Shown here: in pieces, positions 15,449-21,915 of the stretch
Position numbering within the stretch: the first letter of the stretch is position 1
How the letters are laid out: each line of letters opens with the position of its first letter
NCBI GenBank assembly: GCA_043815885.1
Contig: JBDRIL010000056.1
Span: forward strand, 1 to 21,915
Source: an archaeon
GTDB lineage: Archaea; Iainarchaeota; Iainarchaeia; Iainarchaeales; 1-14-0-10-31-34
Reading direction: 5' to 3'
Length of the DNA: 21,915 bases
Notes under the pieces: generated by a model
Told to the model about the DNA's origin: nothing
The model's database searches: none
The model's input: only the letters and a program-made list of their open reading frames with translations
Made by a program: the position numbers and the translations under genes

Positions 15449-17272
15449 TTATTTAAAGGTTTTTGTTTTCTTTTTCTTTAATGCAATAGCGTATGCTTTA
15501 AGGTAATTCTTTACCAGTTTGTTCCAGTCAAATAAATAAGACATTTTTTTGGCGCGGATTTTTTTGTCTCCTCGCTCCTTTTTGTTCATGCAATAGATTT
15601 TTTCCATCATGTCTGCGAGTTGTTTTACTGCCTGATTGTAGGTTCTGTACTCCCTTTCAATTATTTCTATTGAACCATTTGCTTTCTTTCCTATTTTCTT
15701 CTTAACATATCTTCCGAAACCGCTTAAGTCAGAGGTTACTGTCTGTAATCCAAGGGTTGCTGCTTCCAATGGAGTGTAACCCCATGGTTCGTAGTAGGAA
15801 GGAAACACTCCCAAATGAGAGCCCATCATTGCAGGATACACGTCCAGGCTTAAGAGACAGTCAGTTGAACTAAGGTAAGCAGGATAGAAAATCACTTTCA
15901 CTTTATCATTCACTTTATTGGATAAATTATTCTTTTTGATTGCTTTAGTTATTTCGTTTCCCTTCTCCAATTCAAATGCAGAGATAGGGGGAAGTTTTCT
16001 GTTCTTTGACCTCAATTCCACAAGCATTTTGGAAATCGTGTGCTTGAATTCTTCATCCAGTAATTCCTCTCCCCTTGGAGTCATTCCCATTGAAATAAAC
16101 CTGAATATCCTTTCCTTGATGTCACTCATTTCTGAATCAATTTCTTCCTCCATCCTGTCATAAATAGCCATATGCTTTAATACCTCTAAATTCTTTCCCC
16201 TTGTTTTTATTGGAGTCCATATAAATACAATCACCTTTCTCTGCAGTTCTGATTTCTTCAGTCTGTTATTAAGCTCCCCCAATGCATCAATGAAAATGTC
16301 TACTCCTTTATTCCTGAATTCATATCTCCCAAGAATGAAAAAAAACAAGGTGTCCCTGACATCAATGTAATAATATGGGGCAAAATAATCTATAACGAAT
16401 TCCCTTATCCTGTTCCGGTATTTCAGGTGAAGTGTTGAGAGCTCTTCCATGAATGGAAACTTCTCCATATCCAATCCGTTTGGAACAATTACGTCTGCCT
16501 TTTTTGCCAGGATATATTCTGCTTCAATTGAGGTTATTTCGCTTACAGTCGTAAATACGTCTGCCTCTTTTGCAGATTTTTTTTCCATTAAATGAATTGC
16601 CTCTAACCTGTATTTCCTGCTTTCCCTGTCAGGAAAATGAGTTCCTTTTTTCAGGTTGTTTTCCACTAACTCGTACAGGTTTTTCCCTGAATTCGCTATT
16701 GCCCTTCCAATCCTTGTTGCATGGGTAGTGAAGACAGTCTTTATTTTCGGGTTAGCGAGCTTTAAATGAAGCAGTCCTGCTCCTGAATACCATTCATGGA
16801 AATGAGCAATAACTTTCTCTTTTGGGAAAACTTCTTTTGTCAGTTCATCAATCAGTATTCCTGTTGCCTTGCTCCAGGCAATCCTTTCATCGAATTCCTT
16901 TGGGCTGTTAAGAGAATCAATCTTCCAGTTCTTCCAGTACTCTTTCTTTATTTCATCAGTGTTTTTACTGTATTCCTCTACATCAATCAACAGGCATTTT
17001 GGACGGCCAGGAACAATCCAATGGCCGGAATAACACTTTATCCCGAATTTTTCCAGTTTATCAAACACCCTTCTGAATTCCTTGCTTGGAGGCTCATCCT
17101 CAAAATCCACTGCCGCCTGCCTCGGAATATAAGGCCCTACAAGAAAATAACCCTTCAGGTTATTCTTCATTATCGAGGCCTTAGAGGAAAGAACAGTATG
17201 AATTCCTCCAACCTTATTAACGACCTCAAACCCTACCTCAAAAACAATACAGTCCTTCTTCATCCCATCCAC
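15449..17272 (-). CDS. Glycogen synthase, GT3 family
   Basis: FEVGFEVVNKVGGIHTV, HFHEW, FTTHAT, GRYEFRNKG, GVFPSYYEPWGYTPLE. The start may be ATG 17263. Confidence 0.95.
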   Translation of the reverse strand: MDGMKKDCIVFEVGFEVVNKVGGIHTVLSSKASIMKNNLKGYFLVGPYIPRQAAVDFEDEPPSKEFRRVFDKLEKFGIKCYSGHWIVPGRPKCLLIDVEEYSKNTDEIKKEYWKNWKIDSLNSPKEFDERIAWSKATGILIDELTKEVFPKEKVIAHFHEWYSGAGLLHLKLANPKIKTVFTTHATRIGRAIANSGKNLYELVENNLKKGTHFPDRESRKYRLEAIHLMEKKSAKEADVFTTVSEITSIEAEYILAKKADVIVPNGLDMEKFPFMEELSTLHLKYRNRIREFVIDYFAPYYYIDVRDTLFFFILGRYEFRNKGVDIFIDALGELNNRLKKSELQRKVIVFIWTPIKTRGKNLEVLKHMAIYDRMEEEIDSEMSDIKERIFRFISMGMTPRGEELLDEEFKHTISKMLVELRSKNRKLPPISAFELEKGNEITKAIKKNNLSNKVNDKVKVIFYPAYLSSTDCLLSLDVYPAMMGSHLGVFPSYYEPWGYTPLEAATLGLQTVTSDLSGFGRYVKKKIGKKANGSIEIIEREYRTYNQAVKQLADMMEKIYCMNKKERGDKKIRAKKMSYLFDWNKLVKNYLKAYAIALKKKKTKTFK

Positions 17273-17344
17273 TTGAATAATTCAAGTATATTAGGGGATT
17301 TCAATATAAAAGGTTTTCTGGAAAATAAAGGAATTCACGCATTA

Positions 17345-17734
17345 CTAATATCTTTGTTCTGCCTTTCTCTTGAAATAATCCACTCTGACTTCTACTGCTT
17401 TCGCCATTTCTTCCCTTGAATGCAATTGATTCAGTTTTCCTGCAAGAGTCCTGTCACCGATTGTTTTATCAATCCATTCACTGAAGTCATTCCTCTCGTT
17501 TCCCACATGGTAATTGAAAGAATATTCATCCAAGTCATTCAGCAATGATGAAAGCTCGCACAGATTCTTTACAGGAATTTCTCCCTTAAGATAGAAGTAG
17601 TGGTCCGGATGCTTTACATCGCCCAGCAGAATTGCAGCGCATTCACTTCTCCTGGTGTTCTGCAGATCCTGGTGCATGAAATAGTTTCTTAGAGCGTTTA
17701 AACTTTTTTTTGCTCCTTCACTCAGCCAATTCAT
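17345..17734 (-). CDS. DUF5752-like small protein associated with glycogen loci
   Basis: FYLKGEIPVKNL.EL...FNYHV..ERNDFSEWI...IGD..LA. The track's extension to 17884 runs through a MITE, so the start is placed at ATG 17734, about 25 nt after a TATA-like TTATTAAG. Confidence 0.75.
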   Translation of the reverse strand: MNWLSEGAKKSLNALRNYFMHQDLQNTRRSECAAILLGDVKHPDHYFYLKGEIPVKNLCELSSLLNDLDEYSFNYHVGNERNDFSEWIDKTIGDRTLAGKLNQLHSREEMAKAVEVRVDYFKRKAEQRY

Positions 17735-17785
17735 AAAAATCAATAATATTATTGCTTTCCCCTTAATAATTCTTTCCATTGCCTT

Positions 17786-17881
17786 AGCTTTGCACAAATA
17801 TTCTGTTCTGCACTTAAACGAGGCTTTTTGCACAAAAAAGGGGTTTGAAATCCTAATTTTGCCACGTTTTTGTGCAAAGCT
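17786..17881. mobile_element. 96-bp MITE
   Basis: Perfect 13-bp TIRs AGCTTTGCACAAA (17786-17798, 17869-17881) flanked exactly by the 9-bp direct repeat CATTGCCTT (17777-17785, 17882-17890). Confidence 0.85.
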
Positions 17882-18213
17882 CATTGCCTTTTTCAGTGCA
17901 TTTTACTGAATTATTGCGGTAAAACAGAAAAAAAATCAGCAGTAAAAAAATGTCTTTTGATATAAAATTAAAAAAATCCCAATTATTTATCCTGTTTTTT
18001 TTAATCATTTTTTAGCCATTTTAAGCGAAAAAAAATAAAGTTTTTTTAAAATTTAAAAAATCGGCATAATATATATATTTAGAAAAATTGTTTTTTTCTT
18101 TCAAAAAATAATGAAGGAAGATTTAAATTCTGGTTCTTGCATTAGTATTTGGCTAAATATTAATTTAGCCTGATTTTCTTTAAGAAAATTGTTTCAGTTA
18201 TTGGAGAATGTGA

Positions 18214-19398
18214 ATGAAGATTTTAATGCTTGGATGGGAGTTTCCTCCATTCAAGTCTGGAGGCCTAGGAACATATCTTTATGGCTTCACTAAATCCCTC
18301 GCTCAAAAAAATATTGAAATTACTTTTGTAATGCCCCGCACCGAAAGCAGGATTGACCCTGGATTCATAAAGATAATACAGCCAAACATGAAGCTGGTTG
18401 GATTGGATGGAATCAGCCTGACTCCATACCTTGCATCAATTGATTTAAGTGAAGGAACTGATTCAGATGAATCTTCCAAAAAAGCTTATGGATGGGATTT
18501 CTTTAACGAAGTCAAAAGATTTACTTTTGCTGCAGTAAGGGCAGTGAAGAATGAATCCTGTGACGTAATCCACTGCCATGACTGGATGACTTTTCCTGCA
18601 GGAATTGCATTAAAGAAACAGAAGCAAAAGCCTTTAATAGTGACAATTCATTCAACTGAATTCGACAGGACAGGAAACCTTTCCCCTCACCCGGCAATAA
18701 CTGAAGTTGAATACAATGGATTAAAGGAAGCAGACAGAATAATCACTGTAAGCAATTACATGAAAAAACAGTTAATTGAAAGATACTCTATTCCTGAAGA
18801 AAAAATTACTGTTGTCCATAATGCAGTGGAAAAAAACGAGTACTCTTTAAGGGAAAGAACCTCTTTCGGCCTGAAAGAAAAGATAGTATTGTTTTTAGGA
18901 AGGCTGACAATACAGAAAGGGCCTGACTGGTTTTTGGAGGCAGCTTACAGGGTTTTAAAGGCAAGCCCTGACACTCGTTTTGTAATTGTCGGAGACGGAG
19001 ACATGCTTCCCGAATTAATAAATAAATCCATTGCAATGGGCATCAGCGATAAAGTGATTTTCACTGGCTTCAAGGATGACGTATTAAAATTCTATGGCTC
19101 TGCAGACTTGTTTGTAATGAGTTCTGTTTCAGAGCCATTCGGTTTAACTGCCCTTGAAGCAATGGCTTCAGGAACCCCGACAATAATCTCAAAACAGTCA
19201 GGAGTAAGCGAAGTAGTAAACCACTGCATGAAGGTTGATTTCTGGGACAGCGATGAAATGGCAAACAAGATTCTGGGAGTGTTAAACTATGAATCCATGA
19301 GAAAAGAAATGAAGCACAATTCCTTAATTGAAGTCCAGAAATTTTCTTGGGATGACGTTGCAGAAAAATGCCTAAACATTTACAAGGAAGTGGCATAA
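18214..19398 (+). CDS. Glycosyltransferase family 4 (glycogen-synthesis associated)
   Basis: MLGWEFPP..SGGLG, IHCHDWMT, HSTEFDR, FLGRLTIQKG, SEPFGLTALEAM. Confidence 0.95.
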   Translation: MKILMLGWEFPPFKSGGLGTYLYGFTKSLAQKNIEITFVMPRTESRIDPGFIKIIQPNMKLVGLDGISLTPYLASIDLSEGTDSDESSKKAYGWDFFNEVKRFTFAAVRAVKNESCDVIHCHDWMTFPAGIALKKQKQKPLIVTIHSTEFDRTGNLSPHPAITEVEYNGLKEADRIITVSNYMKKQLIERYSIPEEKITVVHNAVEKNEYSLRERTSFGLKEKIVLFLGRLTIQKGPDWFLEAAYRVLKASPDTRFVIVGDGDMLPELINKSIAMGISDKVIFTGFKDDVLKFYGSADLFVMSSVSEPFGLTALEAMASGTPTIISKQSGVSEVVNHCMKVDFWDSDEMANKILGVLNYESMRKEMKHNSLIEVQKFSWDDVAEKCLNIYKEVA

Positions 19399-19399
19399 A

Positions 19400-19633
19400 A
19401 TGAATTGGAAGGAATTCTTCAAGCCAACAAAAGAAAAAATAATTTTGTTCATTGTTCTATTTTTTGTTGGGGCAACTATTTTTTTCCAGATCGAAAATGC
19501 TGCAGTTACTTATTTTTGGATTTTGTTGTTTTTTACAATTACCTTTATTTTTTGTTATTTGATCTCCTGTATTAGTAGCGCAATTGCTGGTTTTATCATC
19601 TCTGCTTTCAATAAATTCAAGGAGAAGAAGTAA
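19400..19633 (+). CDS. Small membrane protein (MNWKxFxKPTKEKIILF paralog 1)
   Basis: Hydrophobic; tightly abuts both neighbours; paralogous to 20824..21123. Confidence 0.8.
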   Translation: MNWKEFFKPTKEKIILFIVLFFVGATIFFQIENAAVTYFWILLFFTITFIFCYLISCISSAIAGFIISAFNKFKEKK

Positions 19634-20827
19634 ATGCCTTCAATCTGCCTTTACTTTCACGTGCACCAGCCTTTGAGGCTGAAGCATTATTCTTTCTTTG
19701 ATATCGGGAGAAGCCATGAATACTTTGACGCGGAAAGAAATAATGCTTACCTGGAGAGAATAATACGGAAATGCTATCTCCCCACAAACACTAAACTGCT
19801 TGAATTAATTCACAGGTTTGATGGAAGATTCAAGTTCTGCTTCAGCATTACAGGAGTCATTCTTGAACAACTGCAATCATTTAATCCAAAGGTAATTGAT
19901 TCATTCCAGGAATTAGTGGATACAGGTTTAGTTGAATTATTTGATGAAACCTATTACCATTCGCTTGCATTCCTTGTATCCAAAAAGGAATTCAGGGAAC
20001 AGGTAAAACAGCATTCAAAGAAATTCAGGCAGACATTCGGAGTAAAGCCAAGAATCTTCAGGAATACAGAGGCAATGTATTCAAATGAAATTGCATCAGA
20101 GGCAGAGAGAATGGGCTACAAGGCAATAATTGCTGAAGGCCTTTCAAATGTATTGGGATGGAGGTCTCCAAACTATATTTACAATGCAAAGAATTCAGGC
20201 ATAAAGCTTCTGCTCAGAAACTACGAGCTATCGGATGACATTTCCTTCAGGTTTTCTTCAAGGGACTGGAAGGAATGGCCGCTTACCGCAGACAAGTATG
20301 CTTTTTGGTTAGCGTCTTCTGAAGGGCAATGCATTAATCTCTTCATGGACTATGAAACCTTTGGAGAACACCAATGGATTGAAACAGGTATATTTGATTT
20401 CCTGGATTTCTTTCCAGGAGAAGCACTAAGATATGAAAACCTTGAATTCTGCACTGCATCAGAACTGATTAAGAAGCACAAGCCAGTGGGAGAGTTTGAT
20501 GTCCCGTACATTTCTTCTTGGGCTGACGTCCACAGGGATTTGAGTGCATGGCTTGAAAACTCAATGCAGCAGCAGGCATTCAATGAATTAAAGGCATTGG
20601 AAAAAAAGGTAATGCATTCAGGGAACAAGAAAGTAATAAATGACTGGAGGAATTTAGGAATCAGTGACCACTTTTACTACATGTGCACTAAATGGTTTGC
20701 TGACGGTGACGTCCATAAATACTTTAATCCTTTCGATTCTCCTTATGATGCATTCCTGAATTACATGAATATTTTAACTGACTTAAAGAATGAATTAACT
20801 AAAAGCAAAAAAGTGGGATTAAGTTGA
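19634..20827 (+). CDS. Glycoside hydrolase family 57 (alpha-amylase-like)
   Basis: FHVHQP, ETYYHSL, FRNTE, LSDDISFRFS, MDYETFGEHQW, SDHFYYM. Confidence 0.96.
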   Translation: MPSICLYFHVHQPLRLKHYSFFDIGRSHEYFDAERNNAYLERIIRKCYLPTNTKLLELIHRFDGRFKFCFSITGVILEQLQSFNPKVIDSFQELVDTGLVELFDETYYHSLAFLVSKKEFREQVKQHSKKFRQTFGVKPRIFRNTEAMYSNEIASEAERMGYKAIIAEGLSNVLGWRSPNYIYNAKNSGIKLLLRNYELSDDISFRFSSRDWKEWPLTADKYAFWLASSEGQCINLFMDYETFGEHQWIETGIFDFLDFFPGEALRYENLEFCTASELIKKHKPVGEFDVPYISSWADVHRDLSAWLENSMQQQAFNELKALEKKVMHSGNKKVINDWRNLGISDHFYYMCTKWFADGDVHKYFNPFDSPYDAFLNYMNILTDLKNELTKSKKVGLS

Positions 20828-21123
20828 ATTGGAAAAATTTCATTAAACCAACAAAAGAAAAAATAATTTTGTTTATTTTGTTTTTGTTAGTTAACACTTT
20901 TGTGCCTTTAACCCCCTTTTTTATGGTATTGAAGGCTTGTCTGAATCCTCCCTGCCCAAACACAATATTAACTTTTGGTTCATATGTAGCGGAAAGTTTT
21001 TTGGCGAGTTTAATTTTTTTCCCGATAAACTTGATTATTTTAATAATCAATCTTGTTTTCTGGTATCTGATTTCATGCTTGATTATTTTTGCTTTTAATA
21101 GATTTAAGGACAAGAAAAAATAA
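20824..21123 (+). CDS. Small membrane protein (MNWKxFxKPTKEKIILF paralog 2)
   Basis: TTG start overlapping the GH57 stop; two TM regions flanking a CLNPPC loop; paralogous to 19400..19633. Confidence 0.8.
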   Translation: MNWKNFIKPTKEKIILFILFLLVNTFVPLTPFFMVLKACLNPPCPNTILTFGSYVAESFLASLIFFPINLIILIINLVFWYLISCLIIFAFNRFKDKKK

Positions 21124-21147
21124 ATTAAAAAGAGGTGAAAAACGAAA

Positions 21148-21342
21148 ATGGATGCAAACGAATACTTCGGAGCAAGGGCTGGTTCTGTCTGGCTTGCACT
21201 GAAAGGAAAAAAACCACAGTCAATCACACAGATAAAGAGTTCAACAAAACTCAGAAAGGAACAAATTTACGGTGCACTCGGATGGCTTGCAAGAGAAGGA
21301 AAAATCGGAGTAGAGAAAAACAGGTTTATTTTGTGGGAATGA
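21148..21342 (+). CDS. Winged-helix protein, DUF2582-like
   Basis: FGARAGSVWLAL...ALGWLAREGKI; GAGGTGA SD 9 nt upstream. Confidence 0.88.
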   Translation: MDANEYFGARAGSVWLALKGKKPQSITQIKSSTKLRKEQIYGALGWLAREGKIGVEKNRFILWE

Positions 21343-21436
21343 TATCAAAGGACAAAAACATGGAAACAAAATTTGTCCTTTGATAGCTATCAAAAGACAT
21401 TAAAAAAAAAGTTTTATAACTAATGTCTTTTGATAT
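21342..21436. repeat. Dispersed palindromic element with four TATCAAARGACA half-sites (copy 2)
   Basis: Half-sites at 21343, 21374 (inverted), 21388 and 21424 (inverted); homologous to 2478-2626. Confidence 0.85.
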
Positions 21437-21445
21437 GAGATGAAT

Positions 21446-21915
21446 TCATTTCTTCAGTGCGCATGCATACGCCTTAGAGTACTCTTTTATCAGGCTTCCC
21501 CAGTCAGCCAGTCCAGCCAGCTCTTTTGCGTGCATCTTTTCCCTCATTCTTTCTCTTCTATTTTTTTTACAGAAGGAATGCATTATCCTGGTTAATTCCT
21601 GGACTTCTTCTTTTGGTTTTTCTTTTCTATTCAATACAATTATTCCGCCCTTCTTTTTTCTCTTTTCTTCAATGAACTGCCCAAATCCAGCGAAATCAGT
21701 AGTTACTGCAGGCACTCCCAATGCAGCAGTCTCTAATGGAGTGTAACCCCATGGTTCGTAGTAGGAAGGAAACACCCCCAGATGACCTCCAGTCAGTGCA
21801 GCATAATAACTCAATCCAATGAATCCGTCTGCAGGGGAAAGATAAGTGGGATAATAGATTACCTTTACCTTGTCTTCTTTCCTGTTCAGTAAATTATTTT
21901 TCTTTATTGCCCAGG
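21446..21915 (-). CDS. Second GT3 glycogen synthase, C-terminal part (begins beyond window end)
   Basis: Frame is open to the window edge (WAIKKNNLLNRKEDKVKVIYYPTYLSPADG...); GVFPSYYEPWGYTPLE; paralogous to 15449..17272. Confidence 0.93.
   Translation of the reverse strand, partial: WAIKKNNLLNRKEDKVKVIYYPTYLSPADGFIGLSYYAALTGGHLGVFPSYYEPWGYTPLETAALGVPAVTTDFAGFGQFIEEKRKKKGGIIVLNRKEKPKEEVQELTRIMHSFCKKNRRERMREKMHAKELAGLADWGSLIKEYSKAYACALKK

Noticed and set aside
16796..17419. 207-aa plus-strand ORF and other antisense ORFs (e.g. 1747..2229, 2015..2422, 5278..5688, 5713..6135, 10454..10846)
   Set aside because: Shadows of well-supported opposite-strand genes, with F/S/L-rich antisense composition.
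17735..17884. N-terminal extension of the 17345..17884 ORF
   Set aside because: Runs through the MITE and promoter-like sequence.
17891..18213. Replication origin
   Set aside because: AT-rich, but no recognisable ORB repeats with G-strings and no adjacent cdc6/orc1.
21135..21383. 82-aa plus-strand ORF
   Set aside because: Overlaps the recognisable DUF2582-like gene in another frame; its GTG lies inside that gene's SD.
1..21915. tRNA/rRNA genes, integrase or transposase
   Set aside because: No GC-rich structured RNA or recombinase/DDE motifs recognised.

Overview
AT-rich archaeal-looking chromosomal window. BRE/TATA promoters, GAGGTG-type ribosome-binding sites and gene content suggest a DPANN archaeon, possibly Iainarchaeota/Diapherotrites (inference). 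There are two housekeeping blocks: a minus-strand folate/purine cluster (glyA, folD, purN, purH) and a glycogen cluster (two GT3 glycogen synthases, a GT4, a GH57 amylase, a DUF5752-like protein). Both are interleaved with small accessory cassettes. These include five toxin-antitoxin (TA)-like pairs (AbiEi/AbiEii, two RelE-type, HicBA with frameshifted hicA, HTH+nucleotidyltransferase), an AAA_14/DUF4143 ATPase, a kinase-like ORF and two paralogous small membrane proteins. The most striking signal is that TA cassettes sit directly downstream of housekeeping genes and are flanked by duplications of those genes' 3' ends. There is a perfect 40-bp glyA-end repeat and a diverged ~70-bp purH-end repeat whose 16-bp core occurs three times, yet no integrase or transposase is present in the window. 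Also seen: a 96-bp MITE with 13-bp TIRs and a 9-bp TSD, a dispersed four-half-site palindromic element (one copy with a nested two-hairpin insert), and a 41-bp identical tract shared by the two glycogen synthases.
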